NCBI GenBank assembly: GCA_026400105.1 | Contig: JAPLPQ010000088.1 | Coordinates: 33,425 to 97,424, forward strand | DNA length: 64,000 bases | DNA from: Burkholderiales bacterium | GTDB lineage: Bacteria; Pseudomonadota; Gammaproteobacteria; Burkholderiales; Burkholderiaceae_C | Direction of reading: 5' to 3' | Shown here: one piece after another, positions 48,525-59,707 of the stretch | Layout of the letters: each line of letters starts with the position of its first letter | Numbering within the stretch: position 1 is the stretch's first letter | The notes under the pieces: model-generated | Database searches by the model: none | Told to the model about the DNA's origin: nothing | The model's input: the letters and a program-made list of their open reading frames with translations, nothing else | Made by a program: the position numbers and the translations under genes

Positions 48525-49517
48525 TTACTGCTTGACGATCACCGGCTGGATATTGAAGACATGCTGGGTCTTGGGTTCGACCACGACGCGCACCCAGTGG
48601 ATCGACGGGCTGCCGAAGGTCTGCAGACGGGTCAGATTAGGCAGCAGCTTGGTCGGGCTGTAGAGCGGCTTGTCGACCTTGAAGAAATGCGTGTCGCCAT
48701 GCACCAGCAGCACCTGGCCGTCAAAGTATTCGGTTTCGCTCACCAGCGCGTCAACAAAACGACGGTAGGCGCTGACACCCTTGGCCTGGCTTTCGTCGAC
48801 AGACTCGGTCTCGGGCAGGTCGAAACCCGGATCGGCCTGCATCACGACCACGATGCCGCGTGACTTCATGGCGCTGGCCTTGGCAAAGCCCTCGCGCAGC
48901 CAGGTGATGTTGGCGGCATCGCGCTCGACATACTCGGCATTGGCCGCCTCGCACTGGCTGGGGCTGCGCACGCTCTTCTCGCCGCATTCATACTCGTTGA
49001 GCACCAGGTTGTTGTTCGATCCCGGGATGTTGAGGGTCAGGAACGTGATGTCACGGTGCTGGAAACGGGAGTTCTCGACGAACTTCTCGCCCAGCTTGCC
49101 CTGGCGAGCCAGATCCATCTGACGCTGGCCGAGGCTGCGCGTGCTCGGGATCATGACCTTGCGCAGATGGTCAAGGCGCTCAAGCGGATCGAAGCCACCA
49201 TTGTTCTTGCGGTGGCAATCGGTCCATTCGTTGTCGCCAGGCACATAGACCACGGGCTGCCTGATCTGGCCGAACATCTGCAACGCCTGGGTATAGACCT
49301 CGTCGCTGCAAACGGAGCTGCCGTCCTTGATGTCGCCATCGTAGATCGAGAAGGCAATGTCGGAGCTGTTGATGCTGCGCAGCAGGGCCGGCATCTTGGC
49401 CTCGTCACCCGCCTTCTTGTAAGGCATGTCGCCCCACAGGCCAAAGGAGAACGACTGGGCTTGTGCGGCAGCCGCACAGAGCGAAAAGACAAATCCGGCA
49501 ATCACGCGCTTGTTCAT
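48525..49517 (-). CDS. Exported calcineurin-like metallophosphoesterase (uncharacterised)
   Basis: Signal peptide (AQA-Q), GDMPY, DGDIKDG, PGDNEWTDC, HGDTH. Confidence 0.75.
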   Translation of the reverse strand: MNKRVIAGFVFSLCAAAAQAQSFSFGLWGDMPYKKAGDEAKMPALLRSINSSDIAFSIYDGDIKDGSSVCSDEVYTQALQMFGQIRQPVVYVPGDNEWTDCHRKNNGGFDPLERLDHLRKVMIPSTRSLGQRQMDLARQGKLGEKFVENSRFQHRDITFLTLNIPGSNNNLVLNEYECGEKSVRSPSQCEAANAEYVERDAANITWLREGFAKASAMKSRGIVVVMQADPGFDLPETESVDESQAKGVSAYRRFVDALVSETEYFDGQVLLVHGDTHFFKVDKPLYSPTKLLPNLTRLQTFGSPSIHWVRVVVEPKTQHVFNIQPVIVKQ

Positions 49518-49732
49518 AGTTTCAGGCTCCAAATTTCTCGCATATTAGCAAGTTGACAAGACAGTCCCATGAAACCCGCCGGCTTGTTTTGGCCTGGAGC
49601 GCGAATGGAGCGGGTCGACCGTCATGCACATGACACCAGACGGACGTGACCGTGACACAGTGCCGCGCAAATGATGGCAGCCGACCCTGCCCAGCAGGTG
49701 ATTCCTCACCACCCTGCACTGAAACCTTGAAC

Positions 49733-50863
49733 ATGAAACTCAAAGCTTCCATCGCGCTCCTGTCACTGGCCCTGCTGCAAGCCTGCGGCGATGGCGAACC
49801 CGCCTTCCAGACCCTGTCGGGCGAGGCCCCTCTGGTGATCGGTCACCGCGGTGCCAGCGGCGAGCGCCCGGAGCACACGCTGGCGTCCTATCAGCTCGCC
49901 ATCGACCAGGGTGCCGACTTCATCGAGCCCGATCTGGTGCTGACCAAGGACGGCGTCATGATCGCCCGTCACGAACCGATGCTCGGCGGCACGACCGACG
50001 TCGCGACCAAGTTCCCGGCGCGCAAGACCAAGAAGATGGTCGACGGCGTCGAGACCGATGACTGGTTCGCCAGCGACTTCACGCTGGCCGAGATCAAGAC
50101 GCTGCGCGCGATCCAGGCCCGCTCGGGCCGCTCGACCGCCTATGACGGTCAATTCCAGATCCCGACCCTCGACGAGGTGATCGCGCTGGCCAAGGAACAG
50201 TCGAGCAAGACCGGCCGCACCATCGGCATCTACCCCGAGGTCAAGCACTCGACCTTCCACGCCGCCCTGTTCGGTGCCAACCTGTTCGAAGACAAGCTGG
50301 TCAGCACCCTACACGCCGCCTACGGCAACACTGACAAGGCGCCGGTCTTCATCCAGTCGTTCGAGGTCTCGAACCTGCAGTACCTCAACAGCAAGACCGA
50401 CATCAAGCTGGTGCAGCTGATCGACGCCGACGACGTCAAGGACGACGGCAGCATGTCCCTGGTCGCGCCCTACCACAAGCCCTACGACTTCGTGGTCAAG
50501 GGTGACTCGCGCAGCTTCGGTGACCTGGTCAAGCCCGCCGGCCTCGACTTCATCAAGACCTATGCCGACGCCGTCGGCCCCTGGAAGCCCTACCTGGTCA
50601 AGACCGTCAACGACGGCGTCGAGCGCAGCGGCGACAGCACCCTGACCATCAACGACCGTCGCGTCGACGGCAGCACCGGCGTGATCGAGAACGCGCACGC
50701 GCGTGGCCTGCTGGTCCATACCTGGACCTTCCGCAACGACGCCAGCGGCTACGGCTTCAAGGACCCCAAGGCTGAAATGGCGTACTACATGAAGCTCGGC
50801 GTCGACGGCGTGTTCACCGACTTCCCGGCCACCGGCGTGGCCGCGCTCAACACCCTGCGCTGA
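49733..50863 (+). CDS. glpQ: Glycerophosphodiester phosphodiesterase, lipoprotein
   Basis: LQAC lipobox, HRGASG.RPEHT, IEPDLV.TKDG, IQSFE, DGVFTDFP. Confidence 0.9.
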   Translation: MKLKASIALLSLALLQACGDGEPAFQTLSGEAPLVIGHRGASGERPEHTLASYQLAIDQGADFIEPDLVLTKDGVMIARHEPMLGGTTDVATKFPARKTKKMVDGVETDDWFASDFTLAEIKTLRAIQARSGRSTAYDGQFQIPTLDEVIALAKEQSSKTGRTIGIYPEVKHSTFHAALFGANLFEDKLVSTLHAAYGNTDKAPVFIQSFEVSNLQYLNSKTDIKLVQLIDADDVKDDGSMSLVAPYHKPYDFVVKGDSRSFGDLVKPAGLDFIKTYADAVGPWKPYLVKTVNDGVERSGDSTLTINDRRVDGSTGVIENAHARGLLVHTWTFRNDASGYGFKDPKAEMAYYMKLGVDGVFTDFPATGVAALNTLR

Positions 50864-50867
50864 GCCT

Positions 50868-51485
50868 TCAGGCCTCGAGCCAGTCGCAGATCAGCTGCCA
50901 CTGCTCGAGGTCCTTGGCCACCTGGCCCGGTGGCACATCGAACAGGGTCAGGCCACGCATGGCCAGCCGGATGTAGTTCTGGGTATCGCGCAGATAACCC
51001 AGCACCGGCAGTCCCAAGCCCTGGCAGAAATCGCGCAGATTCTCGGACGAGAGGGTGCGCTGATCAACCCGCATGCCGACCACGGCAATGTCGAGCCCGG
51101 CCGCACGCCGGCGCTCCTGCAGGTCATCGACGAAGGCGCGCGTGGCCAGCATGTCGAACGGACTGGGCTGCAGCGGGATCAGCAGCTTGTCGGCGCGCTT
51201 GAGCACCTCCTTGATCTGCTTGCCGTGCAGTCCGCCCGGCGTGTCGATCACCACATGGCTGATGCCCTTGGGCGGACGCAATTCATCGCTCGACGAAGCA
51301 TCCCAGGACTGGATCGGTCGCGCATCGGCCGGTCGCATCCCGAGCCAGGCGCTGGCGGACTGCTGGATGTCGGCATCTCCGAGCATCACCTGATGGCCGC
51401 GCCGGGCCAGATAGCCCGCCACGTTGGTGGCCAGGGTGGATTTGCCCACCCCACCCTTGGGATTGGCGACGACGATAACGGTCAT
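50868..51485 (-). CDS. Orphan ParA/MinD family ATPase (short, type Ib-like)
   Basis: KGGVGKST deviant Walker A, DADIQQS, IDTPG; no parB nearby. Confidence 0.88.
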   Translation of the reverse strand: MTVIVVANPKGGVGKSTLATNVAGYLARRGHQVMLGDADIQQSASAWLGMRPADARPIQSWDASSSDELRPPKGISHVVIDTPGGLHGKQIKEVLKRADKLLIPLQPSPFDMLATRAFVDDLQERRRAAGLDIAVVGMRVDQRTLSSENLRDFCQGLGLPVLGYLRDTQNYIRLAMRGLTLFDVPPGQVAKDLEQWQLICDWLEA

Positions 51486-51567
51486 GACTCTGTTCCTTGT
51501 GCGGCTGCCTGCGCAGCGCGAGGCCATTATCTTAGGCCTGCAGCCGCCCCGATGGATGGCATCTTTT

Positions 51568-51585
51568 TTGTCACCCAAATGACAT
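51568..51585. promoter_or_regulatory. Putative Pho box in parA/ppk2 divergent region
   Basis: TTGTCAC-ccaa-ATGACAT (reads ATGTCAT on the minus strand). Confidence 0.5.
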
Positions 51586-51627
51586 ATTAACTACCTAAGA
51601 TCGGAGAACATTTATTTTGGGATAGCC

Positions 51628-52554
51628 ATGGCCGCCTCCAACCACGACGAACTGATCAAGCGCATCGAGCGCGACTTGCTCGACAGCTACGATGAAGAGC
51701 TGGAACTGGAAATCGAGGATCGCAACCCGGATGCGCTGGGGGTCGACCTCGGCGGAGCCGACAGCAACACCGACGAGCACAAGGCCCATCGGATGGCCTA
51801 TTTCCGCGAGCTGTTCAAGCTGCAGGGCGAACTCGTCAAGCTGCAGGACTGGGTGGCAGCGAGCAAGCAGAAAGTCGTGATCCTGTTCGAAGGCCGGGAC
51901 GCTGCCGGCAAGGGCGGCGTGATCAAGCGCATCACCCAGCGCCTGAACCCGCGCGTCTGCCGCACCGTCGCGCTGCCGGCGCCCAACGACCGCGAACGCA
52001 CCCAGTGGTATTTCCAGCGCTATGTGGCCCATCTGCCGGCGGCCGGCGAGATGGTGCTGTTCGACCGCAGCTGGTACAACCGCGCCGGCGTCGAGAAGGT
52101 CATGGGCTTTTGCAGCGATGACGAGTACGAGGAGTTCTACCGCTCGGTGCCTGAATTCGAGCGCATGCTGGTGCGCTCCGGCATCCGGGTCATCAAGTAC
52201 TGGTTCTCGATCAGCGACGACGAACAGCACCTGCGCTTCCTGGGCCGGATCCACGATCCGCTTAAGCAGTGGAAGCTCAGTCCGATGGACCTCGAGTCGC
52301 GCCGGCGCTGGGAGGATTACACCCAGGTCAAGGAAACCATGCTCGAGCGCACCCATATCGAGGAGGCGCGCTGGTGGATCGTCGCGGCCGACGACAAGAA
52401 AAAGGCACGCCTGAACTGCATCCATCACCTGCTGACCCAGTTCGATTACCACGAGATCGAGAAGCCGGAAGTCGTGCTGCCCAAGCGCGAGCGCAACCCC
52501 GACTACATCCGCCACCCCGTACCTGACTCCATGATCGTGCCGGCGATTTATTGA
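51628..52554 (+). CDS. ppk2: Polyphosphate kinase 2 (single-domain, class I-like)
   Basis: FEGRDAAGKGG, FDRSWYNRAGVE, KQWKLSPMD, DDKKKARLN. Confidence 0.97.
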   Translation: MAASNHDELIKRIERDLLDSYDEELELEIEDRNPDALGVDLGGADSNTDEHKAHRMAYFRELFKLQGELVKLQDWVAASKQKVVILFEGRDAAGKGGVIKRITQRLNPRVCRTVALPAPNDRERTQWYFQRYVAHLPAAGEMVLFDRSWYNRAGVEKVMGFCSDDEYEEFYRSVPEFERMLVRSGIRVIKYWFSISDDEQHLRFLGRIHDPLKQWKLSPMDLESRRRWEDYTQVKETMLERTHIEEARWWIVAADDKKKARLNCIHHLLTQFDYHEIEKPEVVLPKRERNPDYIRHPVPDSMIVPAIY

Positions 52555-52568
52555 TGATAATCACGCCC

Positions 52569-53075
52569 ATGATCGATCACCCGCCCATCAATGTCCTGTT
52601 CCTGTGCAGCCACAACGCGGCGCGCAGCCTGCTGGCCGAAGCCATCCTGAACCATGTCGGCGGCGCACGTTTTCGCGCCTTCTCGGCCGGTACCGAGCCG
52701 GCCAGCGACCAGCAGCCGCATCCCTTGACGCTCGAGGCACTGCAAAGCGCTGGCGTGGACACGACGGGCCTGCGCAGCAAGAGCTGGGACGAGTTCACCG
52801 GCTCCGACGCGCCGCCGATGGATCTGGTCATCACGGTCTGCGACGATGCCCATGGCGAGACCTGCCCGGTCTGGCCCGGTCATCCGGCCACCGCGCACTG
52901 GTCCTTCCCCGATCCGATGCAGGTCCAGGGCGACCGCGATGCGCTGCTCGAGATGTTCAAGCAGATCATGCACCGCATGCACCAGCGGCTCGAACTGTTC
53001 ATGAACCTGCCGCTGTCCAGCCTGGACCGGCTGGTGCTCGAAAGCCACGCCCGGGAAGTCGCCGCGCAGCACTGA
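52569..53075 (+). CDS. arsC: Arsenate reductase ArsC (LMW-PTP fold)
   Basis: FLCSHNAARS CX5R, SKSWDEF, TVCD...CPVWPG...HW. Confidence 0.88.
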   Translation: MIDHPPINVLFLCSHNAARSLLAEAILNHVGGARFRAFSAGTEPASDQQPHPLTLEALQSAGVDTTGLRSKSWDEFTGSDAPPMDLVITVCDDAHGETCPVWPGHPATAHWSFPDPMQVQGDRDALLEMFKQIMHRMHQRLELFMNLPLSSLDRLVLESHAREVAAQH

Positions 53076-53097
53076 GCCCTGCAGCGCAGCCACACCG

Positions 53098-53130
53098 AGG
53101 CCGCCGGCTATTTGCCGGGCGGCCTTTTTT
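53098..53130 (+). terminator. Intrinsic terminator after arsC
   Basis: AGGCCGCC...GGCGGCCT plus T-run. Confidence 0.65.
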
Positions 53131-53155
53131 CATGGCTCAGATGGCGCGGCTCAGC

Positions 53156-54031
53156 TCAGGCTTGCGCCAGCATCGCCTGCCAGACCTTGATCGCGTCGAC
53201 CGTCTCGCGCACATCGTGCACGCGCACGATGCGGGCACCGCGCTCGACGGCCAGCAGATGCGCCGCCACGCTGGCCGCCGCGCGCTCGCGCGGGACTTCG
53301 CGGCCGGTCACGGCGCCAAGCGAGGACTTGCGCGACCAGCCCGACAGCAGCGGATAGCCCAGCGCGAGCAGCTCAGGCTGGCGCGCCAGCAGCGCGAAGT
53401 TCTGCGCCACCGTCTTGCCAAAGCCGATGCCGTAATCGAGCACGAGGCGTTCGGGCGCCACGCCCTGGGCCCGCAGCCGCTCGGCGCGCTGGCGCAGGAA
53501 GTCCACCACCTGCGGCACCACATCACCCGCCATCGGCGCGATCTGCATGCTGCGGGGCTCCAGGTGCATGTGCATCAGGCAGACACCGCAGGACGGATGG
53601 CGCGCCACCACCTCGACGCCGCTGCCCTGCCCGTGTTCGAACGGCCGCTGCAGCGCCCAGACATCGTTGATGATGTCGGCGCCCAGGTCCAGGCAGGCCT
53701 GCATGACCTCGGGCTTGTAGGTGTCGATCGACAGCGGCACGCCGAGCTTGAGCGCCAGGCGCAACACCGGCAGCACGCGGTCGAGCTCGTCTTGCAGCGA
53801 CACCGGCGGCGCACCCGGGCGGGTCGACTCGCCGCCGATGTCGAGGATGGTCGCGCCGTCCTTCAGCAACTGCTCGGCATGGGCTAGCGCGCTGCGCGGG
53901 TCATCGTGCCGGCCACCGTCCGAGAACGAATCGGGCGTGACGTTGACGATGCCCATGACCTGGGGCTGGCTCAGGTCGATCTCGAAGCGGGTGGTTTGCC
54001 AGACAGGGGCTGGGTGCAGTTCGGCGGTCAT
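53156..54031 (-). CDS. folP: Dihydropteroate synthase
   Basis: MGIVNVTPDSFSDGG, IGGESTRPG, SRKS, RVHDV. Confidence 0.97.
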   Translation of the reverse strand: MTAELHPAPVWQTTRFEIDLSQPQVMGIVNVTPDSFSDGGRHDDPRSALAHAEQLLKDGATILDIGGESTRPGAPPVSLQDELDRVLPVLRLALKLGVPLSIDTYKPEVMQACLDLGADIINDVWALQRPFEHGQGSGVEVVARHPSCGVCLMHMHLEPRSMQIAPMAGDVVPQVVDFLRQRAERLRAQGVAPERLVLDYGIGFGKTVAQNFALLARQPELLALGYPLLSGWSRKSSLGAVTGREVPRERAAASVAAHLLAVERGARIVRVHDVRETVDAIKVWQAMLAQA

Positions 54032-54074
54032 GTCGGGGGCGCAGGGCGGGTGCTGCAAGCAGGAAAAAGGAATG

Positions 54075-54098
54075 AAAAAACCGGGGACAGGCCCCGGT
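54075..54098 (-). terminator. Intrinsic terminator after ftsH
   Basis: ACCGGGG/CCCCGGT stem with U-run on the minus strand. Confidence 0.6.
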
Positions 54099-54116
54099 CG
54101 GATGATGCTGGGCGCT

Positions 54117-56033
<1,917 letters not shown>

Positions 56034-56067
56034 AACGGACTCCCGAACGAAAACGCGATGTACTGAT

Positions 56068-56095
56068 AGATTGGCGCCATTCTAGGTCTTTCAAG
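56068..56095 (-). promoter_or_regulatory. Putative sigma32 promoter for ftsH
   Basis: CTTGAA-N13-CGCCAATCT versus consensus CTTGAA-N13-17-CCCCATNT. Confidence 0.5.
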
Positions 56096-56160
56096 CGCCG
56101 GGCTGACACCCAGGGTTCAGAACCCTGCAGATGCCTGGGATAGAAAGAATCGATGCTCGC

Positions 56161-56829
56161 TCACTTGAGACCGATTCCGACCAAAAAGGTTTCAGAAGAT
56201 TTGTCGCGCGAGGACTTGGGCTTGATCGGCTTGACCAGCTTGAAGCTGTCCTTGAACAGCTTGACCATGTCCTGGTAGGCGCCGCCGTGGAAGATCTTGA
56301 CCACCAGCGCGCCATCGGGCTTGAGGTGAGCCTTGGAGAAATCGACCGCCAGCTCGATCAGCAGCGCGATGCGCGCGGCATCGACCGAATCGATGCCCGA
56401 CAGGTTGGGCGCCATGTCCGACACCACGGTGTCGACCAGGCGGTGGCTGCCGTCGGGCAGCTGCAGCTTGGCCTCGAGCTCGGCCAGCACCGCTTCCTCG
56501 CGGAAGTCGCCCTGGATGAACTGCACGCCCTCGATCGGCTCCATCGGCAGCAGGTCGAGGCCGATGATCATGCCGTTGAGCTCGCCGACGGCGGCGCCGG
56601 TCGGCGACAGGCGCCGGCGCAGGTACTGGCTCCAGGCCCCCGGCGCGCAGCCCAGGTCGACCACACAGTGACCGGGCCGGATCAGGTGGAAGGTTTCGTC
56701 GATTTCCTTGAGCTTGTAGGCCGCGCGCGCGCGGTAACCCTCTCTGACGGCCAGTTTGACCCAGGGATCGTTGACATGTTGATTCAGCCAGGCCTTGTTG
56801 ACCTTCTTGCTCTGCGTTTTTACTTTCAT
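56161..56829 (-). CDS. rlmE: 23S rRNA Um2552 methyltransferase
   Basis: [33 protein letters not shown]. Confidence 0.96.
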   Translation of the reverse strand: MKVKTQSKKVNKAWLNQHVNDPWVKLAVREGYRARAAYKLKEIDETFHLIRPGHCVVDLGCAPGAWSQYLRRRLSPTGAAVGELNGMIIGLDLLPMEPIEGVQFIQGDFREEAVLAELEAKLQLPDGSHRLVDTVVSDMAPNLSGIDSVDAARIALLIELAVDFSKAHLKPDGALVVKIFHGGAYQDMVKLFKDSFKLVKPIKPKSSRDKSSETFLVGIGLK

Positions 56830-56933
56830 TCAGCCTCGATTGTCACACGTTGGCCACCATCTTGCCCGCGGTCCACTTATCGAGCACGCAGCAGAAGTCC
56901 CACCGAGCGCGCGCGATCCGGGATAATCGCATC

Positions 56934-57410
56934 ATGCCTCAAATTATTCTGACTCCTGCCCAGCGCAAACCCTTCCGCTCGGACGCCCACCATCTCGACC
57001 CGGTCGTGCTGATCGGCGGTGATGGTCTGACCGAAGCCGTCAAAAGGGAAGTCGACGCCGCGCTCAAGGCCCATGGCCTGATCAAGGTGCGCGTGTTCTC
57101 GGACGACCGCGACCAGCGCACCGCCTACCTCGAGCAGCTGGCCGAGGAACTCGACGCCGCGGCGATCCAGCATATCGGCAAGCTGCTGGTGCTGTGGCGC
57201 CCGATCCCCGAGAAGGAACGCGCCATCGACGAGGACCGCATGCCGGGCCCGCGCGATGTCAAGGTCCTCAAGTACAGCTCCAAGGGCGGCCAGCGCCCCG
57301 AGGTCAAGCAGGTCCGCGTGCTCGGCAACGAGCGCCTGACCTTCGGCGGCCTGGTCAAGCGCGCCAAGAAGCCGACCCAGAAGAGCAGCAAGAAGGCGCA
57401 CCAGAAGTGA
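56934..57410 (+). CDS. yhbY: YhbY/CRM-domain RNA-binding protein
   Basis: AHHLDPVVLIG, HGLIKVRV, IGKLLVLWR. Confidence 0.92.
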   Translation: MPQIILTPAQRKPFRSDAHHLDPVVLIGGDGLTEAVKREVDAALKAHGLIKVRVFSDDRDQRTAYLEQLAEELDAAAIQHIGKLLVLWRPIPEKERAIDEDRMPGPRDVKVLKYSSKGGQRPEVKQVRVLGNERLTFGGLVKRAKKPTQKSSKKAHQK

Positions 57411-57469
57411 TGCCGGCGTCCCTGGCGGACGCGTCTGGCTGCCGGCTGTTCGCCGGCAGCACCCTTTCA

Positions 57470-57494
57470 GGCCAACCGCAAGGTTGGCTTTTTT
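57470..57494 (+). terminator. Intrinsic terminator after yhbY
   Basis: GCCAACC-GCAA-GGTTGGC plus T-run. Confidence 0.8.
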
Positions 57495-57579
57495 GTTTGC
57501 GCGCCGGGCAGCGACAGCGCCTGATAATCTCCAATCCAGCTACCTTGCAATCCTGCGCCACCGGCCTCAACTGCCCAAA

Positions 57580-59661
57580 ATGAACGCCACCACCGCCCCC
57601 GAATCCGCCGCCTTGCTCGACGCCGCCAATCCGCTGCTCGACTTCACCGATCTGCCGCTGTTCGACGCCATCCGCCCCGAGCAGGTCGAGCCGGCCATCG
57701 ACCAGTTGCTGCAGGCCGCCGAGGCGGCACTCGAGCAGGTGACGGCAGCCGACTTTGCGGCCGACTGGCAGGCGATGGCGCTGGTGCTCGATGTCGCGAC
57801 CGAGCACCTGGGTCGCGCCTGGGGCGCGGTCAGCCACCTCAACAGCGTGGCCGACACGCCCGAGCTGCGCGCGGCCTACAACGCCGCGCTGCCCAAGGTG
57901 ACCGAATTCTGGACCCGACTCGGTGCTGACGAACGGCTCTATGCCAAGTACAAGGCGATGGACCCGGCCCGGCTCAATGCCGAACAGATCCAGGCCCGCA
58001 CCAACGCGCTGCGCGGTTTCGTGCTGGGCGGCGCCGAGCTGCAGGGCGAGGCCAAGGAACGCTTCGCCGCGCTCCAGGAGCGCCAGGCCGAACTGGGCCA
58101 GAAGTTCAGCGAGAACGCGCTCGACGCGACCGACGCCTGGAGCTATTACGCCAGCACCGAGGAGCTCGACGGCGTGCCGGCCGACACGCTGGCGGCCACC
58201 CGCGCCGCCGCCGAGGCTGAAGGCCAGGCCGGCCACAAGCTCACGCTCAAGCTGCCTTGCTACCTGCCGCTGATGCAGTTCGGCCGCAACCGGGCCCTGC
58301 GCGAGAAGCTCTACCGCGCCTACGGCACCCGCGCCAGCGAGCAGGCCGAAGGCGATGCGGTCAAGTTCGACAACAGCGCCATCATCCGCGAGCTGCTGGC
58401 GCTGCGCCAGGAGGAAGCCCAGCTGCTGGGCTACCCGCATTTCGCCGCCGTGTCGCTGGTGCCCAAGATGGCCGAATCGGCCGAACAGGTGGTGACCTTC
58501 CTGCGCGAACTGGGCCAGAAAGCCCGCCCCTATGCCGAGCGCGACCTGGCCGACATGCGCGCCTTCGCGGCCGAGTCGCTCGGCCTGACCGACCCGCAGG
58601 CCTGGGACTGGCCCTACATCGGCGAGCAGCTGCGCCAGGCGCGCTACGCCTACAGCGAGCAGGACGTCAAGCCCTACTTCACCGCGCCCAAGGTGCTCGA
58701 AGGCCTGTTCAAGATCGTCGAGACCCTGTTCGAGGTCCAGATCCGCGCCGACCAGGCACCGGTCTGGCATCCGGGCGTCAAGTTCTTCCGGCTCGAGCGC
58801 GCCGGCCAGCTGATCGGCCAGTTCTACCTCGACCCGGGCGCGCGCTCGGGCAAGCGCGGCGGCGCCTGGATGGATGACGTGCGCGCGCGCTGGCTGCGCC
58901 CCGACAACGCCCGCCTGCAGACGCCGGTGGCCCAGCTGGTCTGCAACTTCTCGGAAGCCGTCGGCGACAAGCCGGCGCTGCTGACCCACGACGATGTCAT
59001 CACGCTGTTCCACGAGTTCGGCCACGGCCTGCATCACCTGCTGACCCAGATCCAGGAACACGATGTGTCGGGCATCAGCGGCGTCGAATGGGACGCGGTC
59101 GAGCTGCCGAGCCAGTTCATGGAGAACTTCTGCTGGGAATGGGATGTGCTCTCGGGCATGACGGCCCATGTCGAGACCGGCGCGCCGCTGCCGCGCGAAC
59201 TGTTCGACAAGATGCTGGCGGCCAAGAACTTCCAGAGCGGCCTGCAGACGCTGCGCCAGATCGAGTTCTCGCTGTTCGACATGCTGCTGCACAGCGGCGC
59301 GGCGGCAGACGGCGACTTCATGGCGCTGCAGCAGCAGGTGCGCGACGAGGTCGCGCTGATCCAGCCGCCGGCCTACAGCCGCACGCCGCACACCTTCAGC
59401 CATATCTTCGCGGGCGGCTACGCGGCGGGCTACTACAGCTACAAATGGGCCGAGGTGCTGAGCGCCGACGCCTACGCGGCATTCGAGGAGGCGGCTCCGG
59501 CCAACGGCGGCAGCACGCTGGACGTCGAGACCGGCCGGCGCTTCCGGCGCGAGCTGCTCGAGGTCGGCGGCAGCCGGCCGGCAATGGACTCGTTCAAGGC
59601 CTTCCGCGGCCGCGAGCCCGCGCTCGACGCGCTCTTGCGCCACCAGGGCATGGCGGACTAA
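57580..59661 (+). CDS. prlC: Oligopeptidase A (M3A)
   Basis: NPLLD, KRGGAWM, HEFGHGLH, ELPSQ, GGYAAGYYSYKWAE. Confidence 0.95.
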   Translation: MNATTAPESAALLDAANPLLDFTDLPLFDAIRPEQVEPAIDQLLQAAEAALEQVTAADFAADWQAMALVLDVATEHLGRAWGAVSHLNSVADTPELRAAYNAALPKVTEFWTRLGADERLYAKYKAMDPARLNAEQIQARTNALRGFVLGGAELQGEAKERFAALQERQAELGQKFSENALDATDAWSYYASTEELDGVPADTLAATRAAAEAEGQAGHKLTLKLPCYLPLMQFGRNRALREKLYRAYGTRASEQAEGDAVKFDNSAIIRELLALRQEEAQLLGYPHFAAVSLVPKMAESAEQVVTFLRELGQKARPYAERDLADMRAFAAESLGLTDPQAWDWPYIGEQLRQARYAYSEQDVKPYFTAPKVLEGLFKIVETLFEVQIRADQAPVWHPGVKFFRLERAGQLIGQFYLDPGARSGKRGGAWMDDVRARWLRPDNARLQTPVAQLVCNFSEAVGDKPALLTHDDVITLFHEFGHGLHHLLTQIQEHDVSGISGVEWDAVELPSQFMENFCWEWDVLSGMTAHVETGAPLPRELFDKMLAAKNFQSGLQTLRQIEFSLFDMLLHSGAAADGDFMALQQQVRDEVALIQPPAYSRTPHTFSHIFAGGYAAGYYSYKWAEVLSADAYAAFEEAAPANGGSTLDVETGRRFRRELLEVGGSRPAMDSFKAFRGREPALDALLRHQGMAD

Positions 59662-59707
59662 GATCCTTGTCCAGGGGCTAGCCAAGCCCCCGCAGGAAGG
59701 ATCATCG

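Noticed and set aside
50868-51485. Chromosome-partition ParA/Soj
   Set aside because: Short form, with no adjacent parB, gidAB or recognisable parS palindrome
57544-57572. Sigma32 promoter for prlC (CTTGCA-N15-CCTCAACT)
   Set aside because: Plausible biologically, but both hexamers are too degenerate to list as a feature
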